Positions 7,787-16,936 of a DNA stretch of 32,000 nucleotides are shown here, one piece after another. Within the stretch, counting starts at the first letter, position 1; each line of letters starts with the position of its first letter. Location: the NCBI RefSeq assembly GCF_014280175.1, contig NZ_CP047931.1, forward strand, positions 1,590,001 to 1,622,000, read 5' to 3'. The notes beneath the pieces are model-generated. The model was not told where the DNA came from and did not search any database. It saw nothing but the letters and a program-made list of their open reading frames with translations. A program made the position numbers and the translations under genes. Source of the stretch: Synechococcus sp. A15-28 (GTDB taxonomy: Bacteria > Cyanobacteriota > Cyanobacteriia > PCC-6307 > Cyanobiaceae).

Positions 7787-7805
7787 GCGAATGCTTTTCA
7801 TTCTC
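7787..7805 (+). promoter_or_regulatory. Putative Fur box upstream of the iron-binding protein gene
   Basis: 19-bp GCGAATG-CTTTT-CATTCTC vs consensus GATAATG-ATAAT-CATTATC, 13/19 identities by hand; ends 9 bp before the ATG at 7815. Confidence 0.5.
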
Positions 7806-7814
7806 AATAAGCTG

Positions 7815-8834
7815 ATGAAATTGCGTTGGGCCGCTCCCGTCGCTCTGCTCGCCATGGGCACCCTGCTCGGCGCCTGCAGCAGGTCGGACACCACAGACCA
7901 GATCGGTGTCTATTCCGGCCGTCACTACAACACCGACAAGGCTATTTACAAGCGTTTCACCGAGTCCACTGGAATCCAGGTGAAACTGCTGGAGGCCAAG
8001 GATGATGCCCTGATCGAACGGCTCAACACCGAGGGAGAGGACTCCCCCGCTGATGTTTTGATCCTGGCGGACGTGGCCCGCTTGGACAGGGCCGCCGGCA
8101 TGAATCTGTTCCAAAGCGTCGACTCCGTTGCCCTCAATCAGGCGGTGCCCGCCGATCTGCGTGACAGCCAGGGGCGCTGGTACGGCCTCACCCGCCGACT
8201 GCGCGCTCCCATGTTCAACGCGGACCTCGTCAAGTCAGAGCAGGTAAGCAGTTATGAGGCCCTGGCGGACCCCAGCCTCAAAGGCAAGCTCTGCCTGCGC
8301 AACCGCCGCAGCGTCTACAACCAGTCCCTGGTGGCCTTCATGCTGGATGAACAGGGGCTGGCCGCCACGGAGGGCTGGATCAAAGGGATGGTGAACAACC
8401 TGGCGGAACCGGTTTTCAGCAGCGACACGCCCATGATCCGTGCCGTCGCCCAGGGGCAGTGCGGTGTCGCCCTGGCCAACAGTTACTACCTGGGACGCAT
8501 GCAGGCCGGCGATAAGGGGGAAGCTGACCAAACCCTGGCGGGCAAGGTGACCGTTCGCTGGCCCGATCCCGTGCACGTGAACATCACGGGCGGTGGTGTG
8601 ACCCGTGCCAGCCGCAACCCGGAGGCGGCCCAACGTCTGCTGGAGTTCCTCAGCTCGGATCAGGCCCAGGGCGGTTATGCCGCAGCGAATCACGAATATC
8701 CCCTGAACGGCATTGGGGAGGACCCGGTGCTGCAGGCATGGGGACCCTTCCAGCAAGCCAAGGTGTCCGCTGAGCGTCTGGGTCAGCTGAACGCCCAGGC
8801 ACTCGAACTGATGGCCGCCAGCGGTTGGCAATGA
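7815..8834 (+). CDS. futA: Iron(III) ABC transporter substrate-binding lipoprotein (FutA/IdiA-like)
   Basis: Lipoprotein signal 'MKLRWAAPVALLAMGTLLGAC', then 'GVYSGRHYNTDKAIYKRFTESTGIQVKLLEAKDDALIERLNTEGEDSPADVLILADVARLDRA'. The ORF track starts at 7758; the signal peptide favours 7815. Confidence 0.88.
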   Translation: MKLRWAAPVALLAMGTLLGACSRSDTTDQIGVYSGRHYNTDKAIYKRFTESTGIQVKLLEAKDDALIERLNTEGEDSPADVLILADVARLDRAAGMNLFQSVDSVALNQAVPADLRDSQGRWYGLTRRLRAPMFNADLVKSEQVSSYEALADPSLKGKLCLRNRRSVYNQSLVAFMLDEQGLAATEGWIKGMVNNLAEPVFSSDTPMIRAVAQGQCGVALANSYYLGRMQAGDKGEADQTLAGKVTVRWPDPVHVNITGGGVTRASRNPEAAQRLLEFLSSDQAQGGYAAANHEYPLNGIGEDPVLQAWGPFQQAKVSAERLGQLNAQALELMAASGWQ

Positions 8835-10339
8835 GCCGTCGCCTGCTGACGCTGCTGGCCTCTGTCCTGGCACTGCTGGCCCTCTGGCCCCTGATGCAGC
8901 TGCTAAGCCAGGGAGTTCAGGGTCTGCAGCAGGGGCTGGTGCACCTCGGGCCGGATGGCGGACGTCAGATCCGCGGCACTCTCCTGCTGCTGCTCGGCAG
9001 TGCCCTGGGGGGCACGCTGATCGGCACTGCCAACGGATGGCTGCTGATCAACTGCCGGTTTCCTGGACGGCGCTGGTTGCGCATCGCCCAGCTGATCCCC
9101 CTGGCGACCCCTGCCTATCTCCTCTCCGCAACGCTGGTGGATCTGGGCAGTCGCGCCGGGTGGCGCATTCATGGTCTGGGATGGGGCATCGCCGTGATGG
9201 CCCTCGCCACCTACCCCTACGTGTTTCTGCTGAGCACGGAGAGTTTTGGCATGAGCGGGCGACGCCAACTGGAGGCCTGCCGCAGCATGGGTATCGGTCC
9301 CTGGGCCGCCTTCCGGCGCGTGGCGCTTCCCATCGCCATGCCAGCCATCGGTGCCGGCGTGGCCCTGATGGGGATGGAGATCGTCAACGAGCTGGGAGCC
9401 GTGCAGTTACTGGGGATTCCCAGCCTGTCGGCCGGAATCCTCGAAGCCTGGCAGTCGAACAGCGACCCCACTGCCGCCATCAGCCTGGCCCTGGTCACGC
9501 TGGTGATCGTGCTGGGGCTGGTGGTGGGGGAACGTCGGTTGCGGCGGCGCAGCCGACGCTGGAGTGATGGTGTCGCCGGCGGTGATGCCACTGCCTGGCC
9601 ACTGCACGGAACCCGCGCCCTGGCCGCTCAGCTGCTGGGACTGATCCCACCAACCCTCAGTCTCGGCATCCCTCTGGTCTGGGCCATCACCAATCTGGAT
9701 CAGCTGGGGGACAGCCTCCGCGACGACCTGCTGCCCCTCAGCCTCCGCAGCCTGGTGCTGGGCATCAGCGCCTCCGTGCTGGCTGTGGGAGCGGCTCTCC
9801 TGCTGGCGATTGCCAAACGCTGGAGCGCAGCCGTGTGGCTGCGCAGCCTCACCTTCCTGGCGGGCGTCGGCTACGCCATCCCCGGCACCGTGCTGGCCCT
9901 GGCCCTACTGCTGACCGGCGCCCCCTGGCAACTCGCACCACTGCTTTTACTTCTCTGGGGATACAGCGACCGCTTCCTGGCGGTGGCCAAGGGCGGACTT
10001 GATGCCGCCCTCGAGCGAATCAGTCCCAACCTGGATGAAGCGGCCACAGGCCTTGGCTTCAGTTGGCGGCAGGTCTTGAGAAGGGTCCATCTGCCGCTGC
10101 TGCGGGGGCCGATGACCGTTGGGCTGCTGCTGGTGTTCGTGGACACCGTCAAGGAACTGCCCCTCACCTTTGCGTTGCGCCCCTTTGACTTCGACACGCT
10201 GTCGGTTCGGGTGTATCAATACGCCAGTGACGAGCGGCTGGCGGCGGCACTGCTGCCGGCACTAATGATCCTGGCGCTGGGACTGGTGGCGGCGATGGCC
10301 CTGGTGCCGAGCCTGGATCAGGCCTCGAGTAAGGGCTGA
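8831..10339 (+). CDS. futB: Iron ABC transporter permease (FutB-like)
   Basis: Long multi-TM ORF with two EAA-like loops ('LEACRSMGIGPWAAFRRVALP', 'LDEAATGLGFSWRQVLRRVHLP'); ATGA overlap with the upstream gene. Confidence 0.88.
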   Translation: MSRRLLTLLASVLALLALWPLMQLLSQGVQGLQQGLVHLGPDGGRQIRGTLLLLLGSALGGTLIGTANGWLLINCRFPGRRWLRIAQLIPLATPAYLLSATLVDLGSRAGWRIHGLGWGIAVMALATYPYVFLLSTESFGMSGRRQLEACRSMGIGPWAAFRRVALPIAMPAIGAGVALMGMEIVNELGAVQLLGIPSLSAGILEAWQSNSDPTAAISLALVTLVIVLGLVVGERRLRRRSRRWSDGVAGGDATAWPLHGTRALAAQLLGLIPPTLSLGIPLVWAITNLDQLGDSLRDDLLPLSLRSLVLGISASVLAVGAALLLAIAKRWSAAVWLRSLTFLAGVGYAIPGTVLALALLLTGAPWQLAPLLLLLWGYSDRFLAVAKGGLDAALERISPNLDEAATGLGFSWRQVLRRVHLPLLRGPMTVGLLLVFVDTVKELPLTFALRPFDFDTLSVRVYQYASDERLAAALLPALMILALGLVAAMALVPSLDQASSKG

Positions 10340-12465
10340 CCGTTGCGGCGCTGAATCGCCACAACCCCAGGGCGAGGCGGGCGCCCCGGGGCCTGAGCTG
10401 GCCAGTTGGACCCCAACGGCACCGTGCGCAGCTGCTGAAAGACCCCGCCGTCACGATCCACCAGCTCATGGGCCTGAATTTCCTCATCCCCCTGAGCCCG
10501 GCTGCCGTTCACCTCTCCGGGATGTTGCACCGCCAGGAACAAAGATGCCTCGGCCTGATCGAGGCACACCCCCGTCACCTCGCACTCCATCGGCCCGGTG
10601 GCAAAGCAGGCCGCCTGTTCCTCCCCGCTGTCGGTCCTGGGAACGAACCAGCAGCTGTTGTTGCCAAATACATCACCCCCTGACGACTTCATCGATCGGT
10701 CGGTGACGATCCAGAGGTTGCCCTTGCTGTCGAGAGCAACGTTGTCCGGATTGGCGAATCCGAGGCCGCCGGCCCATGGGGTCCCGCCGGTGACCGCCAT
10801 GCGCCAGGTGAAACCGTTCTCACTCGACTCACTCAGGCGCATCACCCAGCCATTGGCCCAGCTGCTCTGACCGTCAGGGCCCTGGAACACCGCAGGGTCA
10901 GCTCCACCGCTCCTGCCAGGGGAGCCGGAGGTGAAGGCGATCAGCAGATCGCCGCTGATCGGGTCAATTTTGGTGTCTTCCGGACGGGCTGTGGGGGTGG
11001 CCCCGATCGCGCTGGCCGCCAGGTGGGCATCCACCAGGATTGCCCCCTGAAGCGCCTCACCCTCGCCGCGGTACAGATCCGACAGGGTGGTGAATTGACG
11101 GCAGTACTCCTCAACGGCGGCGTCCTCCTGGAACAGTTCCGCTCCCGCCAGGGTGCGATCACGGTGGGGCAGTTCCACCGGACAGCCGAGGTCCGCGTCG
11201 CTGAAGCGGCTGGGGCGGAATGGATCGACCACCGCCTCCGGTGTGATCGCCAGCCATTCACCACTGCCATCGGCACGGAACCGAGCCACCTGCAGTTCGC
11301 CGGCCTCGAACAAGCGTGAATTCCGCTTGTCCTGCACGGTCTCGACGCGGTCGGCACTGACGAAGCGATACAGATGCCCACCGCGGCGGTCACAGCCTGA
11401 GTACACCTGCAGCGGCTGGCCGGCTTCAGCACGCACCGCAACGGCTTCGTGGCGGAAGCGGCCGAGGGCCGTGTGCTTCATCGCAGTGTGCTCAGCCGAG
11501 GTCGGATCCACCTCCACCATCCAGCCGTACTTGTTGCCCGCCAGGCCGTAGACGTTGCCCAGTCCCCCCAGTTTTCCGTCCTTGCAGACAAACGGCCGTT
11601 CCGACGGTGCCGCCGCGCTGCCATCGGCATGGACCGGTTCCGGCACCTGGGATTGAAAATTTTCCTCAGCGCTGAGCACGGTCCCCCAGGGCGTGGTGCC
11701 GCCACCGCAATTCGCAAACGTGCCGATGATCCGGTCGCCCAGGCCATCGTCGTAGCCCTGCCGGCTGCTGGCCCTGAACACCGCGGCGGCCGGCCCCGTG
11801 CTGATCAGCTGCTGCTGCGGATCCTTAAGACCGCTGATGCCCGTGATGCGCCGGTCCTGTGGGCCTTGTGCCCGTTTCCACTGGCCCTGACCATCCCGCT
11901 GCAGGGTCATCACGCCGATCCCGAGGTCGGTCATCGCTTCATCCGCGACGGCACGGATCTGCTGCAGCCGGCGATCGCCGGCAGGCAACGCCGTGCAGTC
12001 GACGACGCCATCGCTGGGCTGGAGGGACGCGACCAGGGCGGCAAAAGGCAGAGAACGACCCACCACCTCGGCAAAACCCTGCACCCAGGGCACGGCACTG
12101 ATGTATTCGAAATTGACGGTCATCGACGCCCGGTCCGGCCCCTGCTGCACAAAACCGAGGTGATCGTTGTTGAAGCCGAAGCGGCTGTCGCCGAGGGGAT
12201 CACCCCAGGCCGCCAGCAGTTGCGACGCAAAGCCGTCCGGGACGGTCAGCCGATCCTCCAGCGCCAGTTCCCGGTAGGTGGACTGCTGTTCGCTGGCCTG
12301 GAGCCCATCGCTGTTCACCGGCAGGGGCACCCGCACCGGCTGAAAGGGAAATGCCTTGGCAGCACGGCTGCTGCCCCCTGGCGCGATGCAGCCCGACAGT
12401 CCCTTGGCCGTCAACACACCGACGCCGCCGAGACCAAGCAGGGAGAGCACGGAACGTCGGCGCAT
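10318..12465 (-). CDS. phoX: PhoX family (DUF839) phosphatase, Tat/lipoprotein signal
   Basis: 'MRRRSVLSLLGLGGVGVLTAKGLSGC' combines twin-Arg and lipobox; 'FGFNNDHLGFV', 'GGTTPWGTVLSAEENF', 'GWMVEVDP', 'ALGRFRHEAVAV', 'NPDNVALDSKGNLWIVTD' are PhoX/DUF839 features. Confidence 0.87.
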   Translation of the reverse strand: MRRRSVLSLLGLGGVGVLTAKGLSGCIAPGGSSRAAKAFPFQPVRVPLPVNSDGLQASEQQSTYRELALEDRLTVPDGFASQLLAAWGDPLGDSRFGFNNDHLGFVQQGPDRASMTVNFEYISAVPWVQGFAEVVGRSLPFAALVASLQPSDGVVDCTALPAGDRRLQQIRAVADEAMTDLGIGVMTLQRDGQGQWKRAQGPQDRRITGISGLKDPQQQLISTGPAAAVFRASSRQGYDDGLGDRIIGTFANCGGGTTPWGTVLSAEENFQSQVPEPVHADGSAAAPSERPFVCKDGKLGGLGNVYGLAGNKYGWMVEVDPTSAEHTAMKHTALGRFRHEAVAVRAEAGQPLQVYSGCDRRGGHLYRFVSADRVETVQDKRNSRLFEAGELQVARFRADGSGEWLAITPEAVVDPFRPSRFSDADLGCPVELPHRDRTLAGAELFQEDAAVEEYCRQFTTLSDLYRGEGEALQGAILVDAHLAASAIGATPTARPEDTKIDPISGDLLIAFTSGSPGRSGGADPAVFQGPDGQSSWANGWVMRLSESSENGFTWRMAVTGGTPWAGGLGFANPDNVALDSKGNLWIVTDRSMKSSGGDVFGNNSCWFVPRTDSGEEQAACFATGPMECEVTGVCLDQAEASLFLAVQHPGEVNGSRAQGDEEIQAHELVDRDGGVFQQLRTVPLGSNWPAQAPGRPPRPGVVAIQRRNGQPLLEA

Positions 12466-12475
12466 CGGTCAGACC

Positions 12476-13429
12476 TCAATCGGTGCAGGCGGTGGTGCGA
12501 CGTGGACTCAGCACCACAATCCAGTTTGACTGAAGCGGATTGAAGTTGTCATCGCTGGCTAACACCAGGGTGTGTCGTCCATCCGACAGCACGGGCCCCA
12601 GCGCTATGGCCTCCCAGTTGTCCGGCGGCAGACCGGCCTCCAGCAGATCCCAGCCAATGATCGGCTGCACCGGAGCCCCCCCGGGTTCAGGCAAGGCAAA
12701 CAGCTGAAGCCTGGCCGTCCATTGATCAGGGGGCGTAAACCCCCGCCGCAGGCCCAGCAGCTGCTTATGGGTTGGCAGGGCCAGCAGTTCCGTCAGTCCG
12801 TTGTGGCGGCCGATGTCCCCTCCATCCAGGGCCCCAGCCGAGCGAATCTCGTCGCCGGAACGGCGTCTCATCAGGCTGATCCCATCCCCGGCTTGGTGCT
12901 GCGCCAACGGCGCCTCCGCCGCCAGCAGCAAATCGCCGGGGCCAAGGGCCGTCAGCGATTCCGGACCTTTGTTGGAGCCAAGACCCTGGCCAGGGGTGGC
13001 CCGCCAGGCCTGGGGCAACGGCAGCTCCTGCTGCAGCCGACCGCTGCCGAGATCGATCTGAATCAGCCGAGCGCGACGGTCATTCGAGCGGCGCCCCTCA
13101 CTGGCAATCCAGGCTTGCCGGCCCTCGATCACCAACCCTTCTCCATCAAAGGTCTCAGGCAGGGGCTGCCCGTCGCCACCCCTCAGCAGCACTCTGCGGC
13201 CTGGCCAGAGCGTGTCGCGTTGGCCCTCGAGCCATTGAGCCAATCCCCCCCAGGGCACCAAATGCCCGACAGGCGCATCGCTGAGCAACCAGAGACGGTC
13301 TTCGTTCCGCTGATAGGCCGCCGCCGAGAACCCACCCAGAGGACGGCCATCGGCAAGCGTTCGGGGCAGCTTGATCGTTCGCACCAGCTCCCAGCCGGCC
13401 TCGAGCGGACAGGGCAACGGCAGCTCCAT
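12476..13429 (-). CDS. Esterase-like activity of phytase family protein
   Basis: 'LPRTLADGRPLGGFSAAAYQRNEDRLWLLSD...', 'NKGPESLTAL', 'NWEAIALGPVLSDGRHTLVLASDDNFN' typical of the PF13449-type family. Confidence 0.75.
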   Translation of the reverse strand: MELPLPCPLEAGWELVRTIKLPRTLADGRPLGGFSAAAYQRNEDRLWLLSDAPVGHLVPWGGLAQWLEGQRDTLWPGRRVLLRGGDGQPLPETFDGEGLVIEGRQAWIASEGRRSNDRRARLIQIDLGSGRLQQELPLPQAWRATPGQGLGSNKGPESLTALGPGDLLLAAEAPLAQHQAGDGISLMRRRSGDEIRSAGALDGGDIGRHNGLTELLALPTHKQLLGLRRGFTPPDQWTARLQLFALPEPGGAPVQPIIGWDLLEAGLPPDNWEAIALGPVLSDGRHTLVLASDDNFNPLQSNWIVVLSPRRTTACTD

Positions 13430-13434
13430 GGCGG

Positions 13435-14355
13435 TCAGCGCGCAGGACGCAACCGTTGCATCAGGGCCTGATCGGCAGCAAGCACAGCAGCCGCCAACAG
13501 GTCCGCCACGGTGGAGATCACCCGGTAGCTCAGCACCACCGCCAACAGGGAGGCCTCATCCACGCTGGCCCCCAGGCGCAGCAGAAGCGTGGCTTCAAAC
13601 ACCCCCAGTCCCCCGGGCGCTCCAGGCACCACCAATCCCGCCGCATAGGCCAGGGCAAAACCAGCCAGCCACTGGGCAGCCGCTGGAGTGGTGAGATCAA
13701 AGGCCGCCAGGCAGCAGGCGAATCCGGCGAATCGGACCAGCACAAACACCACCTGGGCAGTCAGGGGCAGCCAGGGGGCACCGCCGCGGCCGCTGCCGTC
13801 CACCGGCAGAGCACCGCTGTCCGCCGTCTGCAGCTGAGCGGCCTTGGAGCGTTCCAGTCGCCGCAGCACAGGCTCCCGCAGGCGCGTCAGCAGCAACACC
13901 AGCGACGGGATCGGTGCCAGCAGCAGCAGACCGTTCTGCCATCCCCCCGCCATGAGCAGCAGCGAGGCTGCTGCCACGATCAGCAGGGGATCGAGGATCA
14001 CCCCCGCCAGAGCGGGCCCTGCCCCCATGGCTGGTCGCAGCACACGCACCCGTTCCACCAGGTGCCAGATGCCCCCTGGCAGGTACTTGAGCAGATTGCT
14101 GCGCACGAACAACGGCACCAGTGCCAGGCCATGCGGCCGCTGTCCCAGCCAATCAAGAAGCACCCGCCAGGCCAGCCCGTTGATCAGGATGCTGAGCCAG
14201 GTCAGGCCAAGGCCCAGCAGCAGCAGCCACCAGCCCCTTGGTTCGAGGTTGATCTGCCGCAGCTCCTGCCCCTGATGCAACAGGGCCACAGCGATGAAGG
14301 CCAGGCTGGCCAGGGTGATCCACAGCTTCGGCTTGAGCAGGGATCGGATCACCAC
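13435..14355 (-). CDS. Lysylphosphatidylglycerol synthase TM-region / UPF0104 (YbhN-like) membrane protein
   Basis: Multi-TM ORF with 'FVRSNLLKYLPGGIWHLVERVRVL', 'AYAAGLVVPGAPGGLGVFEATLLLRLG'. Confidence 0.82.
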   Translation of the reverse strand: MVIRSLLKPKLWITLASLAFIAVALLHQGQELRQINLEPRGWWLLLLGLGLTWLSILINGLAWRVLLDWLGQRPHGLALVPLFVRSNLLKYLPGGIWHLVERVRVLRPAMGAGPALAGVILDPLLIVAAASLLLMAGGWQNGLLLLAPIPSLVLLLTRLREPVLRRLERSKAAQLQTADSGALPVDGSGRGGAPWLPLTAQVVFVLVRFAGFACCLAAFDLTTPAAAQWLAGFALAYAAGLVVPGAPGGLGVFEATLLLRLGASVDEASLLAVVLSYRVISTVADLLAAAVLAADQALMQRLRPAR

Positions 14356-15581
14356 GTCCAGGGTTCCTCGCTCTCGAAGCTGGCCACCTGGGCTGCAGCC
14401 CTCAGATCAGCGATGGAACAACCGCTGGTCTGGCTGAGCTGCTGCAGCGCATCAGCTTCCGGTTTGACCGTGCAACGACCATCCGGACGTTGGACCTGCT
14501 TGGCCTTCAGCGCACCCCACGGCGTGGCGAGCATGCCGGCACGACGGGGAAGCAGCCATCGGCCCTGTTGCCGCTCCCGCAAGCCGATGCTGGGACCGGC
14601 CTCGAACCAGATCCGCCGGAGCGTCTGGGCCTGCTCGGTGCTCACCAGGGCCGTGACGGCAACCCCGACTCGGCCCTTCTTCATCTGCAGGGATTGACAG
14701 GCCACATCCACGGCACCGCCCTGGCGCAATCGATCCAGCAGCCAGGCGATGTCTTCGGCAGAGGCATCATCGATCCAGGCCTCCTGCACCACCAGCGGCT
14801 GCCAACGAGGCTCGAGCTCTGGGGTGGAACTCTCCCCCTGGCCCAGGCAGATCCTCACCAGGTTGGGGCGATCCAGCTGACGGTGTCCCAGGCCGATGCC
14901 GATGGCAGAAGGGGTGAACAGCGGTGGTGCTGTAAAGCTCTCGGCCAGAACGGACACCAGCGCCAGACCGGTTGGTGTGGTGAGCTCCCCCTCGGGCAGC
15001 GAGGGGTCCTGTCGCAACGGAACCTGATGGGCACGGGCCAACTCGAGCACCGCCGGCACCGGTACCGGCAACAGACCATGGGCTGTGTTGACGCTGCCTC
15101 TGCCCGCGGGCGGTGGGTCGCAGCTGATCCGCTGCGGAGCCAGGTGATGGATGGCTGCGCAGACCCCCACCACATCCACGATGGAGTCGATGGCCCCCAC
15201 TTCGTGGAAGTGGACGGACTCAGGAGGTTGGCCATGGACCGTGGCCTCCGCTTCAGCCAAAGCCGTGAACACCGCCATCACCGTCTGCTGGAGCCGGGGC
15301 TCCAGGGAGGACCTCTCCAGCTGCATCCGAATCTCAGCCCAGTGGCGGTGCGGCGGATCGGGCTCCAGGCCCACAACGCTGAGGCGGCGCCCCCGCAGGC
15401 CACCGCTGCGGGTCTCCTCCAGATCCAGGCGCACCAGATCCTTCAGGCCGAGCTGAGCCAGAGGAGCTTCGATCACATCCCTGGGAACCCCAAGGTCGAG
15501 CAGACCCGCCAACAACATGTCTCCCGCCAATCCGGTCGGACAGTCGATGTGGAGCGATCCAGCGGTCGCGGCCAGCGTCAT
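14349..15581 (-). CDS. larC: Nickel pincer cofactor biosynthesis protein LarC
   Basis: 'HIDCPTGLAGDMLLAGLLDLGVP', 'VHFHEVGAIDSIVDVVGVCAAIHHL', 'GRGSVNTAHGLLPVPVPAVLELA', 'GELTTPTGLALVSVLAESF'. Confidence 0.9.
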   Translation of the reverse strand: MTLAATAGSLHIDCPTGLAGDMLLAGLLDLGVPRDVIEAPLAQLGLKDLVRLDLEETRSGGLRGRRLSVVGLEPDPPHRHWAEIRMQLERSSLEPRLQQTVMAVFTALAEAEATVHGQPPESVHFHEVGAIDSIVDVVGVCAAIHHLAPQRISCDPPPAGRGSVNTAHGLLPVPVPAVLELARAHQVPLRQDPSLPEGELTTPTGLALVSVLAESFTAPPLFTPSAIGIGLGHRQLDRPNLVRICLGQGESSTPELEPRWQPLVVQEAWIDDASAEDIAWLLDRLRQGGAVDVACQSLQMKKGRVGVAVTALVSTEQAQTLRRIWFEAGPSIGLRERQQGRWLLPRRAGMLATPWGALKAKQVQRPDGRCTVKPEADALQQLSQTSGCSIADLRAAAQVASFESEEPWTW

Positions 15582-16225
15582 CGCCCCAGCCGGGGTGCCG
15601 AGCTCAACAACTGGTCGGCTCTCTGGCTGAGGTCCGCCTGATCACGCCGCAGCAGCTGCTCGATTTCACGGCGGGCGCGGCGCTGTTCGCGCTGGGCCGT
15701 GGCAACGTCGTGTCCCGAAAGCCCCCAGAGCTGACCCAGCAGAGCCCTGTCATCGGCACCACCGCGTGCTTTGCCGTAGACCACGGTTTCCGCAGCGATC
15801 CCGGCCTGGAGCAGACGACTCCAGCGGCGCAGATCCTCCAGAGGCATGCGGACGCTGTCTGGCACAGGAAACTCAGTCGCGCCGCTGCTGCGCAGACCCG
15901 CCTGCAGGCAGGCCAACGTACCCACCAGCACCCGTTGCACCGGCATCTGCTCCTGCTCGGCGATCAGCAGATGACCAGCCTCATGAACGGCGATGCGCCG
16001 CAGCCGCCCCTCGCCCCCCGGCAAGGCCTCCGCCAGCACATGCCCGCCCATGCCCTGCCAGCTGGCAGCATCCACGCTGAGCATGACCAGGCCACCGCCA
16101 ACGGCCACCACGATCCAGGCCGGTGACAGGCCCAAGACCGGTCCGAAGGCTCCCAGCCCAGTGATCGCAGCGACTACCAGCCCCGCCCGCAGCGTTCCTG
16201 TGGAACCCTCGCCCGCGTCAGCCAT
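15578..16225 (-). CDS. Putative membrane metallopeptidase, FtsH/M41-like (HEAGH)
   Basis: Two hydrophobic segments followed by 'RRIAVHEAGHLLIAEQ' and 'GIAAETVVYGKARGGADDRALLGQLW'. Confidence 0.75.
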   Translation of the reverse strand: MADAGEGSTGTLRAGLVVAAITGLGAFGPVLGLSPAWIVVAVGGGLVMLSVDAASWQGMGGHVLAEALPGGEGRLRRIAVHEAGHLLIAEQEQMPVQRVLVGTLACLQAGLRSSGATEFPVPDSVRMPLEDLRRWSRLLQAGIAAETVVYGKARGGADDRALLGQLWGLSGHDVATAQREQRRARREIEQLLRRDQADLSQRADQLLSSAPRLGR

Positions 16226-16845
16226 CAGCCTCGACTGCGGGCAGGAGCACGCCCCCGCGCGCCCCTGGATTTGCCTCCCCGGGTGGGCATCGGAGCGATC
16301 ACCTCATGGGATTCGAGACGAAGCTGCTCCCCCTGACGGCGCACATCAAGGCTGACGAAATGCCGCAAGTGTTCCAAGGGCAACTCACCTTTCAACTGAA
16401 CTTTGAAGGGCAGCGGCCGGCTGCCATCGGCACGGGGTTGCTGACGCACCTTCACCACCAACTCACCGGTTTCGGGTTTGGTGAAGATCAACTCCCCTCG
16501 GATGGAGAAGAAGTCGTCCCCCTCCGGCAGAACATCATCGAGATCCGGTTGATCAGGAGACAAGGTGCTGGGCTCCCAGATGCCAGCAATCTGAAGGTGA
16601 AGTTGGTCGTTGTCTCTGGAGCGGGGGTACACCACCCAGAGATGGGGCTCATCCATGGCCAGATGACGCCGCATCAGCGTGAGCACCCGGCCGAGCACCA
16701 CTGTCTCCACCTCACAGCCATCGGCATCGATCAGCGTGCCCCGGGTGAGTTGGTCCTCGTCGCTGGGTTTGTAAATCCCACGAACAACCCCGATGGCCCG
16801 GTACTGCAGCGGTTCGGTAACCGGGGGGATGGGGTGATCACGCAT
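16225..16845 (-). CDS. Conserved cyanobacterial hypothetical protein
   Basis: Intact ORF; likely ATG at 16845 (MRDHPIPPVTEPLQYRAIGVVRGIYKPSDEDQLTRGTLIDADG). Overlaps the next gene's start. Confidence 0.7.
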   Translation of the reverse strand: MRDHPIPPVTEPLQYRAIGVVRGIYKPSDEDQLTRGTLIDADGCEVETVVLGRVLTLMRRHLAMDEPHLWVVYPRSRDNDQLHLQIAGIWEPSTLSPDQPDLDDVLPEGDDFFSIRGELIFTKPETGELVVKVRQQPRADGSRPLPFKVQLKGELPLEHLRHFVSLDVRRQGEQLRLESHEVIAPMPTRGGKSRGARGRAPARSRG

Positions 16846-16936
16846 TGAGACGTTGCCCGTCAAATCAAAAGCCCTTGTGAGGACTGTAGCCAGCCCCCGA
16901 GGCACACCTCAGAATGCCGACATCAACAGGCCATCC

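Noticed and set aside
11449-13471. Long plus-strand ORFs 11449..12543 and 12572..13471
   Set aside because: Antisense to phoX and the phytase-like gene, which have clear family motifs; high-GC shadow ORFs.
13456-15641. Long plus-strand ORFs 13456..14697 and 14490..15641
   Set aside because: Antisense to UPF0104 and larC; Gln/His-rich low-complexity translations typical of shadow frames.
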